Shown here: positions 13,098-30,554 of the stretch, piece by piece
How the letters are laid out: every line of letters starts with the position of its first letter
Position numbering within the stretch: position 1 is the first letter of the stretch
Assembly (NCBI GenBank): GCA_050613775.1
Contig: JBODTK010000015.1
Location: forward strand, 992,001 to 1,056,000
Length of the DNA: 64,000 bases
Direction of reading: 5' to 3'
DNA from: Neocallimastix sp. 'constans'
Taxonomy: Eukaryota
The notes under the pieces: generated by a model
What the model was told of the DNA's origin: nothing
What the model saw: only the letters and a program-made list of their open reading frames with translations
Databases searched by the model: none
Made by a program: the position numbers and the translations under genes

Positions 13098-14540
13098 AAT
13101 TATAAGAAAAGTATTTAATTAATAAATAAATATATATATAATAATAAATTTATGTAAAAATTATAATAAAATATCAATAATAATAATAATAATAATAATA
13201 TTAATAAATTTATTAAGTAAATAGATATATTAATAAAATAAATAAATATTTAAAGAAAAGATAGATACAAAAAAGTATATACACGACAATAAAGAGTAAT
13301 TTGAAAAACGTAACTGTTATATGACATTATTTTATAATTATTTATTAAATAAAAATAAAAAATAAAAGTTAATAAATAAATATACTAATTTTTTGAAGTG
13401 TAAATTAATTTAACATTATTAATATGTTAAAAAATATTTATTTTCTTTGTAAAGTATGAATAGTAAATTAAAATTCATCAAATTATTAAATGTATATATC
13501 ATTGAAAAATAATATTAATTAAAAGTTTTATATAATAATATTATTTTTTAATTGATAATTTAAATGAAATAAATAAATTATTATTATTATTATTATTTTC
13601 ATAATTTATTTATATTTTTTTTTTTTTCAAATTTATATTGAATCGAAAAAATTGAATTTTTTTTTATAACAAAATGTAAATTATTTGTGATTAATTAATA
13701 TTAACTTATATATATATATATATATAATAATTAAAACATTCATTTATGTTTTAAAAATTATGATAATTAGAAGTTTTCAATTTTGTAATTTTGTTATTTT
13801 TTTTTTTATAATTAAGAATTTCATTAATAAACAGGTAATTGATTAGAGTTAATTTAAAAGATGGATAATTATATTTTTGAAAATGAAATTTGAATGATAT
13901 AATATATATATATATTTTTTAAATTTAACTAATAAAATATGTTATAAATTACATTTATTCGAAAATAGATTTTTATGATTTAGATATATATCTTTTATTT
14001 CAGGATATTAAAAAAAAAGAAATCACAATTCACAAAAATCTGAACTCTTTTTAAGAAATTTCATTTATCACATTGATATATATTTTATATAAACAATTTT
14101 CCAATAGTAGTTAATATTAATTGTACAATTTTTCTTAATTACAAAAAAAAATATATATATATATATGTATATATAAGGAAAACTAACAATTATAAAATAC
14201 TGGAACAGAAACCAAATTATAAAGATAATATATTCGAATAAGTAGAAAATAATATTTTAATAATAATCTGAAAATCATGAATTTGTGAAAATAATTTTTT
14301 TGAAAGAGGATATATTACAAATAAACGAAATAAAAAAAAAAAATAAAATAAAAAAAAAAAATAAATAACAGGAATATACAATTTAAAATTCTGATAATTT
14401 TACTAAGTTGTTTTTGATAAAAACAAAAAATATTCATTTTTAATAATAATAATAAAATAAAACTTGGATTTCTAAGTAAATATATATATATATATATTTT
14501 TCTTTTCTTCTTATTTATAATTTAATATTTAATTAAATAT

Positions 14541-14575
<35 letters not shown>

Positions 14576-14803
14576 TTTTTATTTTTTAAAAAACATGATA
14601 GTAATAATAACAAAGTGACTATATTAAATATAATTTCCAACTTATTAAATATATATGTATGTTTATATTTTGTTTTTTAATAAGACTTATTATACATTAA
14701 TAATAAAAAGCAAATTTGAACTTATTTATATGCTATCATAATAAGAAGGCTATTGATCATTAATATTTTATTACAATCTATCTTTAGAATATTGAATATT
14801 AAA

Positions 14804-17715
<2,912 letters not shown>

Positions 17716-19096
17716 ATTTAAATAATTTTTTCATTTTTTATAAAATATATATTATTATTTATATAAATTATTTATTTATTGATATTATTGCCATTAAAAT
17801 AATTAAAATAATTTGTATATATAATTTATATATTAATTTTATAAATTTCAAAAAAAAAAAAAAAAAAAAAATTAATATGAATATATTATTTATGATATTT
17901 ATTATAATCATCATTGTAACTAATAAAAATAAAATTGATTAATAAATAATCAAAAATTATTTTGTGTAACAATTCTTTAAATAGTAAAGTTAAATAAATT
18001 AAAATACATATAAAAATAATTTTTAAAAGAAATTGAATATAGGATAGGCTAATTAATATTTATATATTTTATATGTTAAGTATTTGTAAAATAAAGTGGA
18101 AAAAAATATATATATTTTATATGTAAAGTATTTGTAAAATAAAGTGGAAAACCAAGTTCAAAAATATAAGTTAGTTAATGTAAAAGAATAATAAACATAA
18201 TTATAAAAAATATATTACCATTTGTGATAACAGAATTTAGTTTCAATTAAATTATATAAAATTATAATAAAATAATAATAAAAAATTAATAAATTTAAAT
18301 ATTATCTTTCAATTAAAAGTAAATATATATTTATATATTTTAAAAATTATGTATATAGTGTACCAACGCTGACATAAATTGTACAGATGACCTATCATTA
18401 GTTTATTCGATGAACGTTGTTTTCCTTGACTTGATGTATATGTATATATATTTAATAATACTTTTTTAAATTTCTTTATTAAAATAAAAATTACATATTA
18501 ATTAATAATAATGAATATATTAAAGATATAGAAATATCAAAAAATTTTAAAAATTAAATTTAAATAGAAATAATAAAATACATTTTCTAATATTAACATC
18601 AACACTAACAAAACTCTTTTAATTTTTTTCATCTTTTGGAGACATTAAAAGTTGATTTCTTATAATTGTTATTTGAAAATAATATTACATATATGAAATT
18701 AAATTTTATTAATTTTTTATTTTTAACATTCATATTGTTTAAAATTAAACCAGATAAAATAGGTAATGTTTTAGTTAAATTGAAAGACAATAATAACACT
18801 ATTTTAATTTTATGTTACATGAATCAATATGTATTTTATGTTGTAACATGTATTAAAAAATATACATATATATATTTATATTATAAAAATAAGGAAAAAA
18901 AAGCATTATTAATTATTTTAGATTCAATATTTTTTGTTATTTATATTTATATTTTATTTTTTTTTTTTATTAATTTTATATATCTCTTAATTTTTTTAAT
19001 AATATATTTCTTTCATTTTGTTTTATGTCAAATTTTTATGGAACTATAGTTTATTATTATCTGGAAATGACCAATCATTATTGTTAATCAATAATT

Positions 19097-19129
<33 letters not shown>

Positions 19130-19479
19130 TAAAATTTAAAAAAAAAAAAAAAAAAAGGCGCTATTCCTTTTTCACAAGTAGATCCAAAAAAAGAAGAAAA
19201 AAAAATTAAAAAAAAAAAAAAAATAAAATAAAATAAAAGAGTATTGGTTATTGATGGTAAATGGTTTCAGTAAAAATTTTAATTTGCGACACATTTTTAC
19301 AAAATTTATAAAAGGTTACAGGAATTCATTAGAATTTTAGTTTTTTCAAAATCTTGGTGAGTCCCATTTAGCTATGATTAAAATTATATATTATTTTATC
19401 AAGAAAATGAAAAATATTAAATAAATAAATGAAAATAAATAATATGAAATTTTTTTTTATATTAATAATTAAAAATTAA

Positions 19480-19624
19480 TTTGAGTTATGAGCTTTTAGG
19501 ACCAAGGAAATTTTTCAATAGGGATCTATCAAGGAAATTCTTCTGGAGGGTCTTATCCTCACAAAATATAAAATCGGGAAAAAAGACTCTCTCGAAGGTG
19601 AATGAGAGTTATTATTAATAAAAC

Positions 19625-19660
<36 letters not shown>
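19480..19660 (+). other. GC-richer island ending AATAAA-acgcc-(T)33; possible retroelement 3' end
   Basis: AATAAA at 19617-19622, cgcc at 19624-19627, T run 19628-19660. The end architecture resembles the LINE end at 41420-41613, but I see no protein-level similarity. Confidence 0.3.
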
Positions 19661-19665
<5 letters not shown>

Positions 19666-19725
19666 AGCCTATTTTTAAGATTTTATATAATAAATTATAA
19701 TTATTTAAATGTAAAAAGGAAAAAC

Positions 19726-19799
<74 letters not shown>

Positions 19800-19852
19800 A
19801 AATATATAAAATAAAAAAGATCAAATAATTATAAGAACATTTTTGATTTAAT

Positions 19853-19890
<38 letters not shown>

Positions 19891-20106
19891 AAAAGAAAAA
19901 GAAAAGATATTTTAATTGTTAATTGTTAAGTTTTTTGTATAATTATTAAATTAATTTATATATAATATTTTATTTTATTAATAATATAAAAAAAAATACT
20001 TATTATTATTATTACTACTATAATTACTATAATTACTATAATTCTTTTTATCATTATTTTAATTATAATTATAATTTTATAAAACTACCATTTTAATATA
20101 AATATT

Positions 20107-20149
<43 letters not shown>

Positions 20150-20294
20150 CTATTGTATTTAAATTTTAATTTTAATTTTAATTTCATAAAATTGTTATTT
20201 GAGCATAAATATTAACTTTTTTTTTTTTTTTCTCTATTTTATTTTAATTTTAATTCTAATTTTATAAAATTGTTATTTAAATATAAATATGAAC

Positions 20295-20323
<29 letters not shown>

Positions 20324-20330
<7 letters not shown>

Positions 20331-21329
20331 ACTTTAGAATCAAAAACTATAAAGGCAAAAAATTGAAATTTTCCAAAGCCATCCATAATAACTTTTTCTT
20401 CTCTTGATTCTTTTACAAAAATGTCTTCAAACATATAGTCAAAATATGAATCTGATGGTAATAAAACTACAATAGTTTTTTTCTTATTAGGGATTTCCAT
20501 CATATTAATATGATGTTTTCTTGATAATTTATTGTTAACTTTTTCTATCCTTTCAAAATCAGATTTCATTTTTTCAGTATAATCACCTTCATCATCAACA
20601 TATCCAATACAGACAGACCATGAAGGATCTCTGTAAATACCAATTCTTTCTTTTATTTTTTTTAATAAATTTTCATTTGGTTCTATGGGTTTTTCGAACT
20701 TTATTGAATTATTATTTCCAAATACTTCATTAAATTTATCTTTATCACCATCAATATAATGGACTATCATATTTATTTTATTACCTTTATAACTTACTAC
20801 TGTTTTAATCTTAATTTTCCAACTTCTTAAAGCAAGTTTCATCTTATTAATTGGTTTAGGTTCATCCAGTATAACTGGTTTTTTATCAATATTATTTTCT
20901 TTTTTAAGACTAATGTCTTTTTTCTTATCTTCCTCGTTATTTGATGTATCTACTTTCTTTTCTGTATCAAGTTTTATATCTTCAATTTTGACTTGGGAAT
21001 CATTTTTAACAGATACACTTGTTGACCAAAATGCTTGTGAACCTTGATATCTATTTCTTTTATTACGAATTTTTCTTGATTTCGATGATTCATTCTTTAC
21101 TTCATTACTATCATTATTTTCTTTGACTTGAGTTTCATCGATTTTTACTCTTTTCGCCGATTTATTATATTTATCGTTTTCATTATCATTTTCTATATTA
21201 TCTAATGAAAGTGAATTATTTATAGTCGTATTATTATTTTCATTTATCAATCTATTTTCTTTAATATGTGGTTAAAAAAAACATGACATATATATATTAA
21301 CACAAATATTATTATAAAATTAAAATTAA

Positions 21330-21369
<40 letters not shown>

Positions 21370-21412
21370 TAGTTATTAATATTTAATTTATTATGGTAAA
21401 TTATATATTTAT

Positions 21413-21458
<46 letters not shown>

Positions 21459-22348
21459 ATATAATTGAAATAAATAAATATATATTTATTATTAAAGTAA
21501 TTTATATTACTTCCATAAAGTTCTCTCTTATAATCATTTGCTACTGGAATACAAAACTCAATTACGGCATTATTGAGTATATATGGAATTTCTTTTTTCA
21601 ATTTCACAGCATTATCTACTTCCATGTAATTTATATATAAACAATTATTTTCATCATAAATTTCCAAAGTTTTTATTTCTCCAAAGTTTTTTAACTTATC
21701 AATTAACTCATCAATATCAATTTTTTGAAAGTCAATATTACCAATCCATAAACAAGACGGAATTGGAGTTATAAGTTCTATATTAATTTTATTATCTTTA
21801 ATTGTACCACCATTCATTTTATCTATAGTCTTCCTTGCAATTTCATTATTTTTATAATATGCATAAGCTGTTATTGTATCATTTTCTTCTATATGTTTAT
21901 CTAAAAATAATATTTCACCATACCCTCCAAACATTTTAATTAGATTTTCATCTGTGGCTTCAACATCATTTGGTATATTAGAAATTTTTAAAACATTGGA
22001 TTTTAATTTATCTTGAGAGTCTATATATATGCATGTTGGTCTAATTTGTCTAATTGTTTTTTCTTTGTCAATTTTTATTGAATTTTCTCCAAAAAGTGGA
22101 TATAATTTTATTGCTTTTCTTACTTCATTAACTTCTTCTTCAGTTTTGAAATATAGAACTGCATAACTTTTATCATTACCATTTTCTCCATAGTAATAAA
22201 TATCTATCACTTTTCCAAATGGATCCAAATTTTCAATTAATTTATTACAAAAATTTGATACTTCATTTTGAGTTTTAAAATTTTTTATATCTGTAATTGC
22301 TATTACTTTATTTATATTTTTTGAAATAATATTATCTGATTGTTCCAT
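20324..22348 (-). CDS. RNA-binding protein with three RRMs and a C-terminal SPOC-like domain (SPEN/RBM15/FPA-type architecture), 2 exons, ~590 aa
   Basis: Exons 22348-21511 and 21258-20324 join in frame (1773 nt). RRM cores: KSYAVLYF; VLKISNI..TAYAYY; PSCLWIGNI..CLYINY. After a charged linker comes a ~165-aa globular C-terminus whose pattern fits SPOC. The RRMs are solid; SPOC is a pattern-level call. An extra 5' exon is possible. Confidence 0.75.
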
Positions 22349-22530
22349 TTGAAGAAATTTTCTTAGATAATAAAACTATTAAATAAAATAGTATTAATTT
22401 TTTTATAAATTAATAATTTTAAAAAAAAAAAAAAAAAAAAAATATTAATTTAATATTTACAATAATAATAAGAATAATATATTAAATATATTAAATGTAT
22501 AATTTATTTATTTAATTATATAAACGTATA

Positions 22531-22563
<33 letters not shown>

Positions 22564-23092
22564 CAATATTCAGAAATTTACTATAAATAATAAAAAATGA
22601 AAAATAAAAAAAAAAAAAAAAAAAAAAAGATTTTAATAAAATATAAAATTATATTTAACTTGTTGTATTTTTCATAACCAATGTTTATTAATCTATTAAA
22701 ATTAACCTATTAGAAATTTTATTATTTATTTTTTAAATATTATTCAGTTTAATTACATTTTCTTATATAATCATGTAATTATGTGTATACATTAATTTAA
22801 TGAATACTATACATAAAATTTTTTATATATAAATTTTTTTAAAATATTACAAATTGATTTAATTTTTATGAATTAGAATTTCAATTAAATTTTAAAGAAA
22901 TTTCATTAAATTAAAGAATTGATGTGAAATTATATTATTTTTATTTCAATTTTTTTAAATATAATTAATAATAGATTTTATTTAAAATATGGAAAAATTT
23001 TTGTATAATAAATATATTTTCAATTTAAATTATTGCAACAATAAAGAATACTAAATTAAATACATATTAAATTGATTATTAAAATTTTAAAT
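22349..23092. promoter_or_regulatory. Probable shared bidirectional promoter region
   Basis: Only 744 bp separate two divergent start codons, while other intergenic gaps in the window are several kb. No specific motif identified. Confidence 0.45.
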
Positions 23093-23553
23093 ATGGATAA
23101 TAATGATAATTCTTCAACAGATTATTATTTAACAAAACTAAATGAATTAGAAATCATAAAGTAAGTATATATATTTTATTATAATATTATAAATTTTAAA
23201 ATTAATTTTAATTAAATTGAATTAACGAAATTACATTTTAATTAATATTTTGTAGTAGAAAAACAGAAGAGTTAATTAAAATAAAATCCTCAATTATTGA
23301 ACATTCCCAGAAATTAGAAAAAGGTGAAGCTGTTTATCAAGAAATTATTTCTGAGAAAAATAAATTAATAAAAGAAAAGGATTTGTTGAAAAGAATGTTA
23401 ATCGAAATTCAAAATGACCTTGATGATGTAATAATCAAGATAATATAATAATAAATAATTTTATAAAATTTATTTAAAAATGTAAAATTATATATACCTT
23501 TTTGTTTTTTAATATATATTATGTTTTATTAATTATATTATAATAATATATAA

Positions 23554-23586
<33 letters not shown>

Positions 23587-23955
23587 ATAAAATAAAATAA
23601 GTTATCAAAGTCTGAAAAAGAATTAAAGAAAGAAAATGAAAAAACACGAGACAATTTAAAAAATTTAAGAGAAGAGTATAATCCTTTAAAGGATACTGTA
23701 GATGAGCTAAGAGCAAAACAGTTATTATCTAGACTTCCAAATCTTCAAGAAGAAATAGATAAAGAAATGACAATTTATTTAGAGAAAAGAAGAAATCGTT
23801 GGATTGAAGCGGGAATAGGAAATAATGATATATCTTCTGAACCTTCAATTCCTGATTCACCTTATTCTACACCTTCTCCTTCCACTCGTATAAAGCATAA
23901 TTCAACTAATTCTGTTACTGGACGAAAAAAGACAAAAAGGCGTAAAGCTGGTTGA
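23093..23955 (+). CDS. ZC4H2: ZC4H2-like coiled-coil protein lacking the C4H2 zinc finger, 3 exons, ~197 aa
   Basis: Exons 23093-23160, 23256-23427 and 23602-23955 give 594 nt in frame. EYNPLKDTVDELRAKQLLSRLPNLQEE..YLEKRRNRW aligns with recalled human ZC4H2 [36 protein letters not shown]. Basic tail RKKTKRRK. Confidence 0.8.
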
Positions 23956-24520
23956 AATTATGTTTATAATATTATTAAACGTTTAAACCAATATAAATAA
24001 TATTAATAGAAATATACCATTATATATATTATTTTATATATATCTTATATATACCAATACCACGATTTTTTTACTTTTTATTATTTTTTTTTTTCACTTC
24101 TTATATTTGCTTTCAACAAATCTTAATGATATTATTAATTTATAATATACCAACAAAATTATAAAACATATATATTATAAATATAAATTTAAAGCTTTAA
24201 ATTATTAATTAATAATTCAATAGTAATCTTTAAATTATAAATATAAGAAATTGTCAATTTACCACATCTCAAAAAAATAGATAATGTCATTAATTTTTTT
24301 ATTTTTTCAAAAATTTTCTAGATTACTTAATTTATATAATAAATTATATAACGCATTATTAATATATAAATATTTTTAAATTATAAATTAATCAAAAATA
24401 TTTAATGGCATGCATATATAAATTTTAAATAAAAAACCACCATAAATATTACTTCTAATTTAAAAAGAATTTTTTTTTTATCACTTAATATTTTTTTTAT
24501 TTAATTTTATTTAATTTTAT

Positions 24521-24765
24521 TTAATCTGTACTTTATATTATATATTCAATCATTTATTTTATTTTATTTTATTTAATCTGTACTTTATATTTATATTTCA
24601 ACTATTTATTTTATTTTACTCAATCTGTACTTTATATTTATATTTCAACTATTTATTTTATTTTACTCAATCTGTACTTTATATTTATATTTCAACCATT
24701 TATTTTATTTTATTGTATTCATTCTTCTCAATATTTATATTTCAACTATATATTTTATTTACTTT
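24521..24765. repeat. ~47-bp minisatellite, about 5 copies
   Basis: Unit aatctgtactttatatttatatttcaactatttattttattttactc near 24523, 24575, 24622 and 24669, plus a partial copy. Confidence 0.9.
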
Positions 24766-26354
24766 TTTACTTTATTTGAGAAAAAAAAAATTTAAAATAC
24801 ATGCTTTAAATATAAACAATTATATAAAATAACAATAATTTATTTTAGTGTATATATATAAAACATATTTTCTCTCAAAAACAATATTAACTCAAACAAT
24901 TTTATCATTTATGATATAAATTGCCTTAGTCAACAATTGGAAAAAATTCATTTCCCCTAAATAAATCTAAAATTTAACCCATAGTAATATTTTTTTCTTC
25001 AATTGTAATTTGAAACATCCTAATTTAGTTTATGTTAATATGATGTAGTATTTCATAATTGATGGTGATTTTTTTTATTGAATTTCTTGGTTTTTAATAA
25101 TTAATAATTAATAAATAATTGAATAATAAATAATAAATAAATTAATTAATAAGAGTATTTATTAATAAATAATAAATAATAAATAATACATAATAAATAA
25201 ATAAATTAATAATAGAAGTATTCATTAATAAATAATAAATAATACATAATAAATAATTAATAATGAATAATTAAATAATAAATAATAAATAATAAATAAA
25301 TAAATTAACAATAAGAGTATTTATTAATTAAATAGATAATAAATAATAAATAATTGAAGTACATTAATTATTATTATTATTAACATCTTTTATCTTAATT
25401 TATTTTTATTATAATGATTAGATTAAAATTAAAAGACATACAAGCTCTCTATATATATTTTTTTTATAATTTTACTTTTTTCCAAATTTTCATGTATTAA
25501 AAAAAACTTATTATATAAATTATTTACATTTAAAATAAAATAGTTCAACTTAAACAATTGTTTTATATCAATATATTATATAATTATTATATAATATATA
25601 TTTTAAAACCAAAAAATAAATATTTATAATTAGATATATATATTTTTAACAAGTTAATATGATAAGGTTCAGTTAAGAAATTAACTTTATACACTTAAAG
25701 AGAGGTTTTAAGTATAGTTTTCTTTTAAGAACTTTTTTATTTATTTATTATATATTTTTGAACTATTTAGCTCCTTGAGCAATTAAACATTTTTTGTACT
25801 ATTTATACTTTATCTTAATTATAAATTTTATATTATTATAACATATGATTTTTACTATGAAATATATAAATTATATTAAGGAGTAAATATCAGGTGTTAT
25901 AATAATATTCTCTAATAAAATTCCTATTCTTAATAAATGTTATAAAATTACTATTTTTCTATATGAACTATAATAAAATATTTCCTAAACTCTAATTAAT
26001 ATATTTTTCATATTTACTATTTATCTATTTGTTTTACATTAATTTCTTACATTTTGTATTCATTAATTTCATTTAATACGTAATTATTATTTACATTTAT
26101 ATTTTATAATTATTTTATGATATTTTTACACATTTTCTTATTTTATTATCATTTCATATCAAATACATTTATTTTATGTTGAATCAATTCATTTTAAATA
26201 TTTCGTGTAACTTGAATATATATAATAAATATATTCACGTGATATACATTCCATATAAAATATCATAAATGGACCACCCACTTCTCTCTTTTATAACTAT
26301 AATACTTCATGTATTATTATTTTAAATAAATAACATATATCAATGATAATAAAC

Positions 26355-26416
<62 letters not shown>

Positions 26417-27351
26417 CATGTATTAATTATATGATTTTTTTTTGGATATAATTCAAATTATTAAATATTTTCAAAGTTGTTATTTTCCCCGAACATTAAA
26501 ATAAGTAAAAAACTTTATAATAAATATTATATGTTTTATAACTATTATTTATTTTTTGTTCCAATTTATAATATTACTCATAAATTCACCTATCTTTTAT
26601 ATTTAGATGAAAGACCAAATATTATAATTTTTAATTATTTAGGGAGATTTTATTTATTAAATAAGTTCTATTTTTTCCCTATATTTTAAAATTAAAACAA
26701 AAACTATAATTAAGTATAATTAATTAATTAGATATAAATATATATATAAATATGTTATAAATTAATAAAATAAAAATGAATAAAAGTTTTATAAAATAAA
26801 TAAAAAAAGTATAAAGTAATAATAGAATAATAATTTACACAAATTTCCTATCATATAACAATGGATAAATAAATTTTTATGATCATCATCGTTTCTAAAA
26901 TTTTAACTTTTAAATTTTTGTTATAATTAATATAACATTTAAATTTTATTTAGGGAATAATGATATTAGAATTAATGAAAATTCATTAAAATATAATATT
27001 AATATAAACATCAAAATTTAAACTTTTTCTCAAATTCATAATAAAAAAAAGTTAATAATTATGAATTTAATGAATTATGGATAATATATATTAAATAATT
27101 GAGAAGAAAAAAACAATAAAAAATATAATATTTGATTTATACAATAGTATAAAGCAAATGAAAATATTTTTAGAAAGTATTAATATATTTATTATATATC
27201 TTTTTTAAAGTCAAATAATTTAAAATTTTAATTTTTTTTATTTTTCTTATTCTATGATATACTTAAATTTTAAATAGTATGTAAGTTTACACACTAAATA
27301 ATTATATACTATTTGTTTAATAATTAACAATCAATAATTTAAAATAAAATA

Positions 27352-27391
<40 letters not shown>

Positions 27392-28460
27392 ATAACAATA
27401 ATAACAATAATACTAATAATACTAATAATAATAGTAATAATAATAATAATAGTAATAATAATAGTAATATTAAAAATAATAATACTAATAATACTAATAA
27501 TACTAATAATACTAATAGTAATTATGATAATAATAATAAAAACAATAGAAAATCAATACTTATTATAATTATTGTTCTTTATTAATGTTATATATAATAA
27601 AATTTTTTATAAATTATTTGTATTATATCTAAAAATATAATTAATAATTTAAAAAAAAATTAAACTTGTGAAATATAATTATCATTATTATTATTTTATT
27701 TTAAAATAATAATTAAAGTTTTATAAAAATAACTAAACATTTAAATATATTTAATTATTAATGTAAATAATATCGTATTATATATACTTTTGAAAAAAAA
27801 AAAAAAAAAAAGATTAACTTTATATCATTAACTATTTAACTAGTTAGTTCAAAGTTAGATAATATAGTATTAGTATTAATAATAGATAATTTTTTCCTTT
27901 TTTATTGTTTCTTTAAATCAAAAAATCCAAAGTTCCTTTTCATTTCTTAAAAAGAATATATATATATATAATATTATTATTATTTTATTTTATCTTTTTT
28001 TAAAAAATATATATAAATATATATAACATTATATGCCTAATATTTTAATATTATAATAAATTTTGATTTATTTAAATATATATAGTATTTTTATAGCAAA
28101 ATATTTAATAAAATCCTTAGAATATAGGATGAATTTATAATATCTGGAGATACTATTGTATTTCATTTTATAAAATTAAAATATCTTCTATTTTAATTAA
28201 TTTATATTATTATTTAATTTTTAAATAATAAAATTTCGGGAAATCATAATTAAAGTAATTTTTCTCAATATTAATAAAGAAAAAAAAAAAAAGTATGGGA
28301 TTTTTAAAAAATAATAAAATAAAATAATATTAATAAATAAAGTAATAAATTATAAGTAATTGAAATTTTCAAAAGCTTCTTATTTTTCTAAAACATAATT
28401 TTTTGTTAATCTACTGCTAATATAAAAAGAAATAAAAAAAAAAAAAAGGCAGTAATTTCT

Positions 28461-30523
28461 ATGGATTCAAATAGTAATTTAAGTAATAATAATAATAAAA
28501 AATTAATAATGATAATAATAATAATAATAATAATGTTCAACATCGACTAAATTATTATTTTTTTTTTTTTTTACTAATATATCATTATTTATAAATAATA
28601 CAGTGAATTCAACAAATATTGATGCTGATATTGAAAAAAAGGAAAATCAATTTTCAAACCTAATACCGAAGAAAGATAATCAACAAATACAATCCCCACA
28701 ACTTCAACAACAATATAAACAATATGTTAACTATAACAGTTTAAATAATTATGCTCAAGATACTAATAACATTATATTATCAACAAGAAAGAGGCATTTG
28801 TCGTCTACAAACACTTCTATTTCCACCCACACATTAAATAACAATAATTATAATGAAGATAATATTTCAAATAACCCAATAAACAATGCAAATTATTCTA
28901 GAAATATTAATAATGGAATCTCTGTAGGTTTATTCTATAACACCCAAAATCAAAATCCTTCAGAAAACCTACATGTTCAAAATAAAAATAAGAAACAAAA
29001 GATTGAAATCAATTCCAAGATACAGCAAAACCAAAGTTTGACTCAATCTATGGGAAAAACAATTAACCATCACCAATTAGACGACCAAATCATGAAAAGA
29101 TCCCATCAAGAAAGAGTTGATTCTCTAATTGATAATGATATGAATAATGAAAATATTCATTTGACTCAAAAGGAATTTGATATTCCAAACTCTAAGGATT
29201 ATATATATACCCGTGAAGTACAACCTTCATTAATTCAAAATTCTAATCAATCTTATAATGTAAGTAAAAATAATTAAACAAAGATATATATTTTATAAAA
29301 ATGCAAGTAATAAAATAATATGAATCAATATAATTATTTTAAAATAAAAACTAAATTTTTATATATATATTTTTTTATTTCTTCTATTATTACTTTTATA
29401 CTATTAATTAGGAAATTAATAATAATAATATCAATAATAATTTAAATAATAATAATTATAATAATAATAATTATAATAATAATAACAATAATCAAATAAA
29501 TGATGATAATGAATTAAATCAAAAGAATTGTTACTATCATAATAATACTTCTAATACTAATTTAAATAATAATAATAATTATGAAAATGATTCTAATATA
29601 GATAAATTTTTAAAATATAATACTAATATTAATGATTCTACTTCCTTAAACATATTAAAAAACATTAATAATTCAAATGATATCACTAATATAAATAATA
29701 TAAATAACACAATAAGTATAAATAATAAAAATAACCTAAATAAAATGAATACTAATTCTGCAACAGCTGTATTTCATCAAACAATTGAATATCCTACTTC
29801 AATCAATGTTAATGTAAATACATCGATTTCAATACCACAGGTTACCACTACTACTACTATAAAACCAATGATACAAAATTCTACAAATTTGTACAGCCCA
29901 ACAAATAAGGATAATTCTACTCCAATAACTACAACGACTACTTTAATTCCATATTCCTTTCAAACTGGTAATGCTCCAATGGCTACCTTTTCAACTGTAA
30001 CCTCTACTCGTTCTCCAAAGATGATTAATTCTCAAAATTCTGAAAATAATGGACATGGCCATATTTCCTCACCAGTAATTGCTGGTTTACATGTCTCCAC
30101 TCCATATTATCAAAATATATATAATAATAAAGCATACATACCTAATGACTATAATAACAATTCTAATAACAGCATAAATAACAACATAAATAGTGGTAAC
30201 AATTATATTATGTCTAAACAAGGAAATAATTTCCATGTAGGAAATCCAACGTATAATTCGAACTCACCAAAATCACCAATTCGTCAACAAATAAATACCA
30301 TCTCTGGATCTCCTAATAAAAATGTCATATTCCATTCTCCATTAAGAAATTCAATAAATAGTAATTCAGAATTAGAACAAAATAATAATACAAGATTTCA
30401 ATGTTATAAGAATAATGACCAATATTATCAAGAACCTATGAATGAAGAAAATGTAAATATATATATATATATATCATTTTTTTAAATTTTTTTTTTTTTA
30501 GAAAAAAAGTTCTTTTTTCTTTC

Positions 30524-30554
<31 letters not shown>

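Noticed and set aside
18360..18440. Short GC-richer island, considered as a snoRNA or exon
   Set aside because: No convincing C/D or H/ACA boxes, no tRNA fold, and no frame linking it to a gene; left unresolved.
18666..19209. ORFs 18666-19049 and 19018-19209
   Set aside because: F/I/L/Y/K-biased translations running through homopolymers; not coding-like.
19140..19660. (A)nGGCG ... CGCC(T)n as terminal inverted repeats of one element
   Set aside because: Only four informative bases beyond homopolymers; could be chance or two separate tailed ends.
24521..24765. CRISPR-like look of regularly spaced repeats (also 56790-57010)
   Set aside because: The units are contiguous with no unique spacers, there are no cas genes and the context is eukaryotic; these are minisatellites.
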